Positions 1-13,305 of a stretch of DNA of 64,000 nt are shown here, piece by piece; within the stretch, counting starts at the first letter, position 1, and every line of letters begins with the position of its first letter. The notes under the pieces were generated by a model, which was not told the origin of the DNA, did no database searches, and saw only the letters and a list, made by a program, of their open reading frames with translations. Made by a program: the position numbers and the translations under genes. This stretch comes from Podarcis gaigeae. Its lineage: Eukaryota. The stretch lies in NCBI GenBank assembly GCA_964106915.2, contig OZ066915.1, one strand, 5' to 3'.

Positions 1-63
1 TCTCCTATGGGCTGAACATCACTTACCTGCTTTAATCAGGTAGTATACAGATTTAATTTAAGC

Positions 64-201
64 CAACCTTCCACAATCTAGTGCCTTCCAGATGTTGAAC
101 CACAATCCCCATCACATGAGCCCCAGCCAGTAGGGCTAATAGTTGGGAGTGGTGAGAACATGCAACTCGACACCTGGAGGATACCAGTTCAAGGAAGGCT
201 G
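64..201. mobile_element. Short (~140 bp) palindromic hAT-like MITE; related copies at ~2257-2393, ~14436-14550, ~32928-32980 and a split copy at ~425-478 plus ~1630-1688
   Basis: Shared arms CCAACCT..TGCC.TCCAGATGTT..GGACTACAACTCCCATCA and their reverse complement. Confidence 0.65.
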
Positions 202-489
202 GCTTAAGTTAAATCTGCATACTGTCATAAATCTTCCTATATAATGGTTATTTTTTTAAAAAATGGAGGATTTAGGAGTCCATCTCCTAACTTTGCTTTC
301 TGAAAATCAGCACTTGAAGTTCACATCATGTCATTTTCCCTAAAGACATGTTGCTTTGGTCCCAGCTTAGATACAGGTACTGTCCTTTTAGTGCTGTAGT
401 GTTTCTTCTGTCCATCCCTTAGATCAGCGGTAGCCAACATGGTACCCTAAATGTTGTTGGGCTACAACTCCCATCACCAGCTTCAAGCA

Positions 490-1560
490 TCCTTTGAGGA
501 TGCAGATTATCTAGATCCATTCTAGTCTGGATTCTGGCTTGGTTTGGAGACAGATCAGCCTTGGTTGCCCTGATAAATTACTATTGTCTAGAGAAGGATA
601 GGGGGCGTGTGACTATGTTACTCTTTCTTGATCTCTGTGACTCTGGATACCATCCACTATGGTGTTCTTGGACTGGCTCTTAGAGATGGAACCTGGGGGC
701 ATGTTCTTCAGTGGTCTGTTCCTACCGTCAGAGCCTGTTTCAGAGACTAGCACTGGAAGATTGCCTGTTGGCTTCCCGGCAGTTATGTTACGAGGTCCCA
801 TCTTGTCCCCAGTTCTGTTTAATGCCTATATGAAGCCTTTGGGTGAGGCCATTAGAATATTTGGAGCTAACTGCCATTGATAAACCGATGTCACCCAACT
901 CTTTCTCTTTGGCATTTGAATCAGGTATGGTGCGCAAGCCCAGAGCCAGTGTCTGGACTCAGTGGTGGGTTGATAAACTGGAGCTGAATCCTGGTAAGAC
1001 TCAGGGCGCTGTGTGTGTGTGTGCACCTACTGTCCAGGATAGAGGTCAGTTACCTGCTGTGGGTGGGGTTGCACTTCCTCTGAAGGGACAGGTATGTAGT
1101 CTGAGAGTGCTGCTTGATCCATTGTTGTCACTGGGGGCTCCAGTACCTTGGAATGCTTGGTAGTTTTGGCTGGTGTGGCAGCTATGGCTGTTTCCGGACA
1201 GGGATAGCTTAGCTCCAGTGGCCCATGCAGTGGTCCCCTTGCAATGGAATTGCTGCAGTGTGCTCTGTGTAGAGCTTGTGTTTGGTTGGGAAGCAGCAAC
1301 GAATGCAGAATGTGGGGTCACAGCTTATGGCCAGGTTACCTTCTGGAGAGAACTGCACCGGATGGCAAAATGCTTTACAGGACCAAATTTAAGATTTTAC
1401 TGTTAAGAGTTTAAAGCCCTAAACAACTTGGTACCAGGGTATCTGAGACATCACCTTATCCTCTATGTACCTGTATGTTCACTGCAGTATTTTATTTTTT
1501 TAAACTGTATTTTTACTTTTGTTGTTGTTGTTTTGTTGTTGTTGTTGTTGTATACTGTTA
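490..1560 (+). mobile_element. Degenerate L2-clade LINE fragment (RT region to 3' end)
   Basis: Translates with stops and frameshifts to DYLDPF*SGF..GLET..ALVAL and GPILSPVLFNAYMKPLGEAIR.FG, which are RT motifs typical of squamate L2 elements. Confidence 0.75.
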
Positions 1561-4500
1561 TGGTATTTTGTAACATTTAGCAGTTATCAATATTCCAAAA
1601 TTAATTAATAAATCGGCTAAACCAATTATTAGGGTTGATGGGAGTTGTAGTCTGACAACGTCTGGAAGATACCACGTTTGTTATCTCTATATTAGATAGG
1701 TCTCACTCATCTTTGCATGGCCAGTAAGCAAGGTATCCTTTGTTCCATATGGGAGATGAAATTTGATTATTCACTTTTTGTGCTTGCATCTCCCAGCTCT
1801 GAACCTATGATAACTGCTCTAGTGATGTCATTAGATAGGTAAAGAATTTGCTTTTCCCCTCTTCTCTGTTTGATTATATGTGTGTGGTAGTAAACACTAC
1901 AACATGATGCCAAAATAGATTGCTTTATACCCAAAAAAATTACTAAGAAGAGAAGCAACTTGACTCATTCCCCCACCCACCCCAGTCTCAGTTCCAAGGG
2001 CCTTTCTTGTTCCCATTTTGCTAGATCTTGAGGTGCTTCCTCACGAGTCCCAGTGCTCTCCTTCCACACACCTCTCTATCCTTGGCAAAACCTTCACAGA
2101 AGGGGCCCTGCTGTGTCTGAAAGCAGCCCATGACACACACACCTCTGTGCCTCATTTTTTATTATTGCACAGGATGCAGACAATAATACTGACCCAACTT
2201 GCTGGGCATGAGAAGCATTGGTGAGCTAACCCTTCCCTCAGTACTTTGTCCTAGGCCAGCCTCCCACAACCAGTGCTCTCCGGAAGTGGTTGGACTCCAG
2301 TTCCCATTAGACCCAGCAAACAAGGTCAGTGGTCAGGGAAGTTGAGAGTTGTAATCCAACAACATCTGGAATGGCACAGGCTGCGGAAAGCTGTCCTATA
2401 CTGAATTGGGGGCGGGGGGGGGATCATTCTAATTATTGCCTGTGACACATAGGTGAAACTTGCCCATAGTCACATACTGTGTTTTCCTTCCACCAAGCTC
2501 ACTAAATCACATCCCAGGGTAACTAACTTTACTACGGGGATAAAGGATATTCAGCCTTTTGCTTACCAAAGCCAGCTTTGCAGCCCTCTGACTGGGATGT
2601 TGGAGGCAGAGGGAGGCTGCCTAAATGGCCTTGCCTTCCTGTGCAAACATTAGAAGCCTGTTTTAATGTCTCGTATTATGTAAACTTGTATCAATCTGTA
2701 CTTTACCGTGGGTGGGATTTGGGGTGGGTGGGGGGAGGGTTTCTGAGGATGATAGATGTAGCCTGTGTAAAATATCATGTATACTTCCAACATTAAAGGG
2801 TGGTGGCTGTTGGGTTGTTTTTTTAGGAAAAGAAATAAAAAAATGAGCTTGACTGGTTTCAAGCAGAATTGTTACAACACTTTTGCTTTTTTCCTTCTGT
2901 CTATCCGACGTGTCAAATGCTGTTTTAACAGAACAAATGCCTCACTTAGGGGGCTGCAAGGCCCCCCCCCCTCACAGTCCTAGAAAGTGGCCTCTATCTG
3001 TCTCTCAAAAGAAGCAAGAGTATTGCTTGCTCTTGGTGTAATCTTGCCGGAGCTAAGTTTTTACCAAGGTTGTACTGTTTCCTTCTCTGCCATACCTGCT
3101 AGAGAAATGGGAATAATGCATTATTTCAAGCGTGAATTTATTAAACACACAAGTGTGTGTGGGGAGCTTCTGCCAAGGCTAGACCTGTTGCAGTAACCTT
3201 TTAACATTTTGGAGTAGTTTGAATGCTCAAGCAGCAATGGGGATACAAGTGGTTTGTTAAACGTTCTATAAAGCTTGCTCGAAAATAAAAAGTCCTTCAC
3301 CAAAAGTTTTCACAATGAAAGGTAGTAAGCTGTGGTGTCCCATAAGGTCCTCTTTGTTCATAAATTACCTGCAGTGAGGAATTGTGAAGCGGTCACATGG
3401 CGTCAAAGGATTCCAACTGGACTGCAAAGAGCTCCAAAAGTGTTTGTCCAAACTCGGTGAGTATGCAACAACATTCCTAACTTCGTAGTACACGTGGATG
3501 GGATTATCCATGGGTGATGACACTGCTGGGAAGTTCAGTGAGAATGTGGGGTCAGTGTACAGCATCAGGGGTAGCAAACCGCACCGTCTACCTCTGCCTG
3601 CCTGCGTATAGTGGCTGGGCAGCTGCTGGCCTGTCTGCAGCTGCTGCTCAGCTGCAATGGTCCCCCGCTCCTGCTGCTGTTCCCAGCTTATCCTGGGCTG
3701 CTCCCCCACACCCCGGCATGGAGTGCAGCTGCTGCAGGGAAGCAGCAGGTGGCTCTCCAGCAGTTTATTAGAGCATCAGTGGCCTGCTGTACGCCACTAT
3801 GGGCACACCACTCCTTATTCTGAGGCAAGGGTCCTTCCTTAGCGTGAGGCATTGTCATGGTCAAAGCAGTGTTGGTGGAGGCCATTTCTGTGGCTATCTC
3901 AGCTTCAAGGTCTCACTCCGGGCCCCTTCCTCAGAGCACAGCAGTGAGGGGCAAGGATGGTTCTACAGCTAGGTGGGGATGGCAAGTCAATCTATTGTGC
4001 CAGTGCTGTGATCATATGAAGGTTTGCCAAAATACCCCACCCCTTTCGGGAAGGGGATTGCTATATGGTAGAATTCAATGTCATGCTATGGCAAATGTCC
4101 CTTCTGAGCCAGTGTGTGCCAACGGAAGCCCTCATGCAAGACTTGTGCTGACAGTACTTATTAGGCTAATCCCATGCATTGTGTGTGGGAGGGGGTAGAA
4201 CTCGGAATCACCCAATGAAGACGGGGCATCTAAGTGGGCATGGAGTGTTGATGTGCTGCTATGGGGTATGGGCAGGGAGAAAAAGAGAATGGAGCATCTT
4301 TACACTGCAACATTTTGCTGCATTTCTCACTTACACCTGTGTATGTATGTAGATAGATTTTCCAGTTTATTTGCCCAATAAACAATGCAGTATAGAACAG
4401 AAAAAGAATGTTGTGCCACTTAATATCATTTTGCAGGAAGGCAAGCAGTAGGGAGGGTTGTCATAAGGCCGATAGCTGGAGTCTAGATGTTCCTGCAACA

Positions 4501-6499
4501 GTGGCATCCAGTATCTTTGCTCCAGGCCAACCTCAAGAACAGGGAGCTGAATTCAGGGGTAAGTACTAAGCCTATTCACCCAGCTCCTCAGAGTCATCCT
4601 CCTAGGCTAACCCTAACCCCTGTTGCTGAGCTATTAAATTACATGCTTGTTTGGAAAAAAACGAAGTCTCTCATATACTACTTTAGAAATTTGTGCACAG
4701 ATCAAAAGCTTGTGCGGCTTCCAAGAGAAGTTAAGTCATTCAGTGGGGATCACTTTGTTTTGCACATCACTCCAGGACCTAACATTCTGGACTTACCAAC
4801 AGTAAGAAAGGAGCAACTGTTCTGAGTTCCAGGAGGGAAAGATAAGGAGCCCCTTTTGTGCTTATATGACCTGCTTCTAGCCTTCTTTAGTGCAGTTCTG
4901 AGCTTCAAATGACCACTATGTGGTGCTATTAATGCAATTACCCAAATCTTGTTTCCCCCATTGCATTAAGCCTTGTAACTGTCGAGTAGCACCTGTTAGC
5001 TAGAGGCAGCGGTGGAAGTGAATTTCTGGTCTTCAGCTGCTGCCTTTGATCTCTTCAGTTAGTCCCTGATAAATTACTCAGAAGCAACGTAGCAGAAATG
5101 GAAATGCAGAAAGCTGAGTAGTTTTGCATGTGCCTTAAGGCTTGGTTATAATTACGTATGGGGTGCCCGACTCTCAACAATCCTGCCCTTATGCTGTTAG
5201 GAGCCAAAGGAATGGCAGTGCTACTTGGCATTTAGCAGCCCAGACCCATGTTATATTGTAGGAGATAAAGGCTTCTTATTGTAGTATATGAGGTGAAAGT
5301 CACGGTGAAGACCAGAGGGCTAGTATTATCAACTGACTGCAGGATGGCTTCCCATACCAACCCCCACCTTCATTGGCCTGGCACTCCAGTTGCAAATTTT
5401 ACTTGGATGAATGTCTCTCACTTTTGCCTTGTTCCTAAATTGTGCTTGGGCTTGGCAGACAGCAAAGCACATGGCAAGGAAGTATCTTGGGCTTGAATTG
5501 ACTGATGGGGAGCCATTGTGTTCTGTTCACCGTAGTCCAAGCTGCACTGTGGGTGGCAGCCAACCTTAGGGTGTTAATAACCCAAAAACCCATCAAGTCT
5601 CACAGTGGCTTTCTTCCCAATGGAGAGGCACATGGAGCAGATTGCACCACACCCAGAATTCCCTGGAGCCGATAAAGAGAAGGTTCTTGGCAACTTGAGA
5701 CTTTGACCTGTTATAATGATTAAACTGAAATTCAAATGCATTCACCATTTCCAGACAGCATTAACTGCCATGCTTGTGTCCAAATAACCAATCAGGTTGC
5801 ATTAGAAGTGGTTTTAGATTATTTACTTCCATTATTTGTTTGTTTCTCTCTCTGAGAAACTAAGACTTGGAAGGGCCACCTAAATGAGCAACAGCACAGT
5901 GGGATGGAAATGATGGAAGTATTGTGCTTTTCAAGCCATGTTCTCAATTACATTAATTGTGACAGAGACACACTTTTTCTGGTTGCTTGCCCATCATTGG
6001 TCTTTTATTTGTTCCCAAGAGTTGTTGAAATATGTACAGGAAGTCCAAGTTGCACGTCTCACTTGTTTCCACACATAACTGCTCTTAAAGTGGAAGCCTT
6101 CCATGATTAGCTTAATGTCTGAAAAGTGTATAAACCCAGAAATATACAGCATGGCGAATTTGTGAAAATTCATTTTGGCAGAGGTGACCATGTGAGTAGC
6201 AATTCTATGCTTCAGTTAATGGGATATAAGGCAGCACAAGTGTACACAGAACTCGTGTTACATTCTTATGAGCAATCTCCTCTGATATTAGCATCTAAGA
6301 AGGTATCCTGCTTTCAGGGCCTGATTGCTTACGTGTCCTGATAGGGTTGCTTAAATGTTGACATGTTTTTTGTCTGCTGACTTTTCAGTTGTTTTAAAAT
6401 GCTTTTTATTGATAACTTTAATATTTCTTGGAAACTGCCTAGAGGTTTTATTACAACCAAGTGGTATATAATTTTATTAAATAAATAAATAAATATTAC

Positions 6500-7259
6500 T
6501 GTCAGGACTGCCGCTAGGTCCCAGCTCACAGAGGACCAACGCCCAGTGGATATTATATACAAAAGTCTTTATTGAAGTTTAGTTTCCATTTCCAAGCTCT
6601 GGGCGCGCAGGCCCACGTCTTAACGCTAGACCGGCTAAGTCCCCTCTGACTCACTGCTCCACCCACACCAGTTTAAGATTCTAGCCCGGCTCCACCTCTT
6701 GCGCTGCTCTTTCCTGCGTTGGGTCCTTCTGCCCTCTGGGGTTCCCTCCTTCCTGGACTCCTCTGACGCGGAGCCTCCTGAGTCTTGCCCCTCCCTCCGG
6801 TGGGCTTTAGGACCTGGCTCCCTTCCCGGGCTCCCCGCTGTGCCGCGCTCCTGTACATTTGAACTTGGCGCGCGCGCCCAGCCGGTGACTTTCCTTCTGA
6901 CCGTTTCCCCGCTTCCTGATGTGGGTGTTGCCAAACCTGACTCCTCTCCTCCCTCTGGTGGTGAGGACACTGGTCCCGACTCCTGGGACTCCCCCTCCCC
7001 ACTGCGCTCTGGTGGAGACGCTGGCCCTGATCTCCAGCTGCTGTTCAGAGACTCCCCGCTGGCCCCTCCCTCTTGAGGTTTCTCCCTTGGAATCTCCCTT
7101 GCTCTGGCCACCGGCGCTCCCTTCTGTGAGTCCTCCGATTTGCTAGAGAGGCTTGTGGAATAACTCTGGCCACTGTCACTGCCTGCGCCCCCCTCGTACT
7201 CCTCCTCCTCACTCTCCATTTGCTCCCCCTCCTGTGTCTCTCCTTCTGAACCCCTGACA
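6500..7259 (-). mobile_element. Solo-LTR-like retroelement, copy A (760 bp), carrying a 194-aa ORF (7219-6635)
   Basis: Ends TGTCAGG...CCTGACA; perfect 5-bp TSD ATTAC (6495-6499 / 7260-7264); AATAAA at 6573-6568 about 70 bp from the 3' end; roughly 85% identical to 22358-23117 with no gaps across the ORF. Confidence 0.85.
6635..7219 (-). CDS. Putative LTR-encoded Ser/Gly/Glu-rich protein with C-terminal Arg-rich motif (copy A)
   Basis: 194-aa ORF, 82% identical (35 differences in 194 aa, no gaps) to the copy B ORF; synonymous changes exceed non-synonymous ones by hand count. Confidence 0.5.
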   Translation of the reverse strand: MESEEEEYEGGAGSDSGQSYSTSLSSKSEDSQKGAPVARAREIPREKPQEGGASGESLNSSWRSGPASPPERSGEGESQESGPVSSPPEGGEESGLATPTSGSGETVRRKVTGWARAPSSNVQERGTAGSPGREPGPKAHRREGQDSGGSASEESRKEGTPEGRRTQRRKEQRKRWSRARILNWCGWSSESEGT

Positions 7260-8639
7260 ATTACTTATTAACTGAAGGACAGAAAAGTAATATCAATTAA
7301 AAACCTTTTGCACCTTCAGGTAATTAGTTAGCCTAAGAGTTAAGTCTTGGTATTTTCACTCTTTGCAAGAATTATGCTAATGCAAAGAGACGGTGCCCAG
7401 TTATTGAAGTGACTGAATGTCAAGCAAAAATGGTTTGGGAGTTGTCTCTACTGTATGCTTTTTGTAACCTTCCAGGGCCTCTCGCCATCCTTCCATGTCA
7501 CAAGCATTAGAATCTGTCAAATTATCTACAGTGAAATGGAAAATGATGTGACAACCTAGCTTAACGTAAGCCTGGGAGGATTTGCCGACAGCTACAGGTA
7601 GGCAAGGGACCATGACTCCTTTTAGAGTTGAAAGATGCTGAATTGCTAGCTTCTCTTTTTTTAAAAAAAGGCAAGCTGTCTTGGAAACCCCTGAACTATC
7701 CATTTAGCTGTCTTGCATTCTGATATTGTTAGTGTCTGTGGCCCCACTGTCTGTGTCATATGTAGAGGAGTTAGAGGACTCTTGCACAGGAGCAGAGTGT
7801 AGTGATACAAGAGGTAAAGTCACTCTAGTTAGTGTAGTTTGCAGTGGTGGAACCAGAATAGTCTTTTCAGCTCTCGTAGTTGACATGGTAAATAAACATT
7901 GAGTTTGGAGGATATATTGGATCCCCTTTTGGGGCTAACTCCTGCTAATTTTCCACACTGGCTTTGCACAGAACACCTTTGTGCGTGAGAGTAGAGTGAA
8001 AAGGTGGTTTACTCTGCATTGGCGACACTAAGCAGTATGGGTTGCTTCACAAATTTCAGATATTGAACACTAGCCAACATTTTGCTTATCACCCTGTGTA
8101 CATTTCCTAGTAGTCAGTTTATTAGCAGGCTACTGTGTGTCCCTTTGTGCAAGCTGTGGTTAAACTAGGAAGTCTCCTAAACATCAAGGATCTCAAATCA
8201 GCTTCAACCCACATGCTGGGTTGGTCTAAAGCAGGTAACCATATTGTTCCAGTTTGGACAAAAATGGCAAACTGTTTCATTTGTGGCTTCCTGGTTTAAC
8301 CACAGCTCACATGAACAGGCAAAAGTCATGAGGCATGGTCATCTGAATGCTGGCCTGGATCCATTGATGTTTTGATTTGTTCTCATTTTCACCCCAACTT
8401 TTAACAAGTCACCTTAACAACAGGACCAGTGGTAGTCCTGCATATAGATTGGATTTTTACCAGAGGCAACAAAGGGTACTACAGGTTCAGGCAAACTTAA
8501 GCAGCAAATCCCTGTTTATTGAAGGTGAAAGGTCTGGGCAAGAGCCATCAAAGAAGTTTCAGGTTGCAAGGAGCTGCTTCTAAAGCCTATAACAGACATG
8601 CTCTCTGCTTTTACCATTTTTTCCACTTCAGGCCGGTGG

Positions 8640-11600
8640 GAATATTTTACAAGCCAACGTTTTATTTGTTTCATAAAACAGGTAAAATTTTATATTAATG
8701 TAAAACAGAACAAAATAAAAAACATACACACACACTACAGATCACAATGCTAGAGAGTATTAACATGTAGAGAAGGGCAAACTTCCCTCCCCAAAGAATC
8801 TGCATTGAAAGTTCTATTACAGAGAGATTAAAATCTGGCTTGTTTGAGAATGTGATATACAGATCACTGTCATGAACCAGAAAAATATCAAGAAGTTTCA
8901 GAAATCTCAAAACTTTTTAAAAAGCTTTTATACAAAGAGGAGATGGGGAGGAGGACGGCAGCAAAGTTTCAATTAAAACATAATATTTTCACTCCAATAT
9001 AAAAAAAGAGCAAAGTTCTTGGTGAACACATAAAATTCTATAAAAACTACCAACCATCTATTAGGGTCTTTTTCTCTCTCCATTTTTAAAAGTAGCATTA
9101 AAAAGGATAAAAAGTGCACAGACACCTTATAAGGCACAAACAGATCTTCTGAACAGATACTTTTCTCAAAACGAAACAAAAAAAGCAATAGCAAGAACAA
9201 GTTGCTAAATAGCCTCTACTTCCTAAAAGTTGTCTGTCAGAGTTTGAGAATTCCTTGTGAGACTGGAATCAGTAAAGCTGCATGTCCCTTAACGCTGCTT
9301 CCCCAGCTTGCTTCACAGCAACACTTAGGCTGTGGACTTAACTCTGCCTAATAAAGCCCATGTCAGATGCTGCTCCTTTTGGGCAGTCTGTTCCCAACAG
9401 AAAAGATTAAACACTATATGTCCTTTCCTCCACTTATTTTGAACTATCATAGGTCTACAAATTTCTTCTCAAAATACCATTGCAGTTGGAAGCTAGTAAA
9501 GTAAAAAGGCACACCTTTCCAAGATCGCTTGTAGCACAACTTGTCAATGCAGAAGTCAGCTCCATTGAGACTAATGGGACTTACTGCCAGGTGTATGTGG
9601 TGTATAGGCTTCTGTTTGGAAACTAGTTCTAGCCCAAAGGTACCTAAGGGCAATGCCCAGGGGGTGCTTTGCTATGACACCAAAAAGGGGATGGGAACAA
9701 TCCAACCCCAAGTTACCCAGGGAGTTGGGAGTAGAGTGGAAGGTAGTGATCAGTACTGATCAGCAAACCCACTGACTACAAAAATGGTCACCCTTCCTTA
9801 GAATTACATCTCTGCAAAAGTGTAAATTTGTTGACTTCTTTCTGGTAAGCTTATCCAGAGCTTAACTCTAGCTGGAGTGATGGCAGCTGCGACAAATAAA
9901 TTTCATTCAAATTAACTCTGTGATTCATAGTTATGTCGCTCAGTGGCATCTTAGGTAAGCAGGATGGAATTGAGATGCTAGGAATATATTCATGCCTTGT
10001 CCCCGGCAAACATCTGGCACTGTGGTCATGCGCAGCTAGCAGCACCTGAAATAGAGTGAGCGGAAAGACCCCCTTGGAACACATGTCAGTAAGTGGGCAG
10101 CCCCTTCCATGTTGCTGGCTTGACTCAGCTTCATAATAAGAAGGTAAGAAGTTTTGCTTTACACAAGTATCTCTATGAAGTATTAACAGCAAATAGACAG
10201 CAGCATGGTGAAAAATAACTTTTGGAGGATCTGCCTTTCGTGCACAGAGCTTGACAGCAGTGCTAACAATGGCAATTAACTTAGCAGGTGATTAAATAAT
10301 TGCAATCAGCTTAGTGGCTTTGCCCTTTCTCTCTGCTTTTTAACGTATTATTGTGCAACTAGTAGCCCAAGTTAAATCTGCTCCCTTTCTCAATTCAAGC
10401 ATCACATCTCCTCTGCCCCCTAAACGTTTCAGCTGTCCATCATTAACATGCACAACAGGGTCAGAAGCTGACACCAGCAAAAGCTGATTGTGGAGGTCAA
10501 GAAATGCAAAGATCCGCTCTTTAAGGTGGATGCAACAACCTGGAATCATCTTGTGATGGGCAGTGTTACTTGCTTTAACAATGCTGCTTGCATAATGCCT
10601 CCCATGTTGTGCAGTTATAGCATTATCTGCATTATTAATTGTCTCCTCCATGGTTATAGACTACAGCTGACGGTGCAAAAATTAAATGTAAATGCTCATG
10701 GAGATGCTTAATCACTGACTAGGACTCCTGTTTGGTTTTAGGAGGCCTCAGTTACTTATCTCATCACAAAGCAGCTGCATTCCATGTAGGCAAAAGTTGT
10801 TTATAGAGTAACTGATGGCATTTTTAAACTAACCTCGCTGCCCTTCACATTTCCGTATGGTAATTAGGATACTCAAAACTATTGTAAAGTTACTGGAAGT
10901 CATCATGCACCACAGTGTTGTCCCAAACCACTCTAAAATGGAAAAGAAACAGGCTTTCCTGTTGACAAAGATATTATCTGCACCTTAAAGAAAATGGAAA
11001 CTTATCTGTCTTGTTTGATGCCTTTCCTTGTGCAATATGTAACTGTAGCCAGTGACAATTTAAGACTGCTAGGATTGTGTCATTGGCATTCATTGGCTTC
11101 CAGTGCAGCCCACAAACGATGCTAGTACAGCAACTTTGCCAGGAGCTAAAGGTTAGAAAAGCATTTAAACTAAAGACAGAGGAGAAGAGAGGCTCAGCTA
11201 CCCAATGAGGTACAGCTACCATGTTGCTCAAAGGACTATGAGAAGCTTAGTCCACACATTTTTGTCTACAAAGCACTCCGTATGCCCTAAACATAATTTG
11301 TCCCTCTAAAGCCATTGCTGTCTTCCACCTTAAACTATGTATTGTTTTCCACACTAAGGGATCCACATGCTGTCCAAAAGGAAAACTGCCTTCTTCCTGC
11401 TAGAAGGGCCCCATAGGCTCAGAATAGCTGTTTTATGGAAAAGAATGCAGCCATATATTGGGGCTGAGAATGGCTCCTAGCAGGCTCCCAAGTAAGCATT
11501 TCTGCCCTGGAGAAACCTACAAGCTGCTCCACCACAGTAGATCCTAGGATCTCGTCATAAATCAGATAAAACATCAGGATCACAGCATTAGAGCATCTGT

Positions 11601-13060
11601 TGCACAATGGAATGGAATGCCTCTATAGAGGTGGAAGCAGCAAAAAGCCTGCTCTGAATAAATTCTACTGCTTTTAGATGACAATGGGACAGGTTGCCTA
11701 TGGGCAACTACAGTTTGTGTGCATTGTAGTAGGATGTTGCCACACAAAGACTGAGCAAGGAAAGAGAATCGGCAGATAGGTCAAGCAAAGTTGCTTTATT
11801 GCTTGCATGGCACCTCTCCCCTAAAGCCCCAAGACATTTCACATCCCATTCAGGCTAGTGTAGAGTTCAGAGGTTCCTATAACCACAATCAAAATGCATT
11901 TATCTTAAAAGCCCGAGCATCTAATAATAGCTTGCAAATTCTTTTTCCAACAAACAATGCCAAGAAAAAGGCTTTTAAATTTCAGTAAGATGCCTCTATT
12001 GTGGAGTAGATGACAACTTCCTGGAGAGGAAGAAATGAGAGATTCCACATGGCTGCATACTTTACTGACAAAATCTCTGGGGAGTAATAGAGGAAAACAT
12101 CCATCAGCTGTTTGCACAAATTTCAAGAGAGGGAACTCTGGACATTTGAAACCTAACAGTCCCCATCAGCTTTCTTTCTTTGTAGCTTGGTTCTAAGCAT
12201 GGTTACTTGCTGTGACGATTCAGAACCGCCATGCAAGAAGCTGCTTGTGCATGCAGAGGCTTACTCCTACCAATACGTTAACACTCTCCAGCTACAGAAG
12301 TGCTTCACAGTTGCTCAGTGCAACAGGAAGCTTCAATCTGTGACTTACAAAGGAGGAAAGTGGGATTGTTTACTTGCTGTGTTCCAAGGACATCGATAGC
12401 TTTTTCTTCACTATTCCTCATACCTGCTTCCCCTGTTGAACCATAAATGAGAAAAAGTGCCTTGAAGGAAGCAAATGCCATTCATTGCCTATTCCCCACA
12501 ATTTTTACAAGATGACAGGAGTCGTTTCACTCCACAGTGCCTCTGTTAAATCTTCCCCATATATTCCTCCCTGTTTGAAATTGCCTGAGTGCTGTTTCAG
12601 TAATTAAACTGCCTAATTCAGTAAATATCCCATGATTATGGTGGGGGGAGGTGCCCAGAATTATTATTAATAATTCAAACAATTGTTTTCTCCAGTACTT
12701 TCTGCCCAAGTGGGTTTCACTGTCTATTTTATGTTATTTTCTTTTGCTGGGTGGGGAGAGGTACTTACAGCTCAGCCCCCACCGCTACCTTAACCCTGCA
12801 GAGCAGCATCTTGCTGAAGCTCTTCTCACTCAGCAGCTGTACCTTCGGCATCTACAAGGACCAGAGTGTCCCAGATCATTTAATTATCCCTGATTGGTTC
12901 CTACTGGTCAAAACACGGAAATATAGACAAAAGAGCCACTCTGTAACCAGCACAATAACCCATAAGCGGTGACAGTAAGTTGTGGCAATGAGTAACAACA
13001 TTCTTCCTCCTGCCCCCTCGCCCCCTCCACACACACCCTCAGGACGGCTGGAAATGGGGT
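8640..13060 (-). other. NEURL1B: Probable long (~4.4 kb) 3' UTR of NEURL1B
   Basis: Repeat-poor stretch after the stop codon. It ends in a U-rich (sense) segment at ~9200-8670 followed by AATAAA at 8666-8661. The endpoint is inferred. Confidence 0.65.
8661..8666 (-). terminator. Candidate polyadenylation signal AATAAA of NEURL1B
   Basis: Plus strand TTTATT at 8661-8666, preceded on the sense strand by U-rich, CPE-like sequence. Confidence 0.6.
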
Positions 13061-13305
13061 TTAAGGGCGGTAGATTTTAATAATGTCTTTGATGACCCGT
13101 CGGCAGATTGGGCAGCAGGCATTGAGTTGTTTCTTCAGCTTAAGACCACAGGTGTTGCAGAGGCACATGTGTCCACAGGTGTAGATCACCACGTCCACCT
13201 CGTTGTCAAAGCAAACGGTGCACTCGCCATTCTTGCTGCTTGACGGCTCCGGAGGTGGGAACACGGGAGACACTGGAGGGCTCAGAGGTGAACTTGGAGC
13301 AGTCA
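13061..13305 (-). CDS. NEURL1B: NEURL1B coding exon 5 (245 nt coding), C3HC4 RING finger
   Basis: Acceptor CCTTGCAG|TG. Encodes [26 protein letters not shown]...[18 protein letters not shown]; stop TAA at 13063-13061. Confidence 0.97.

Noticed and set aside
3365-3709. 114-aa minus-strand ORF ending at a donor-like CAG|GTAAT, as a possible exon of another gene
   Set aside because: No recognisable homology, no clear acceptor and no partner exons.
6673-7146. Alternative-frame and antisense ORFs in the LTR copies (e.g. 6699-7076 +, 6673-7002 -, 22448-22777 -, 22360-22698 -)
   Set aside because: Their starts and stops differ between the two copies, so they look like shadows of the main GC-rich ORF.
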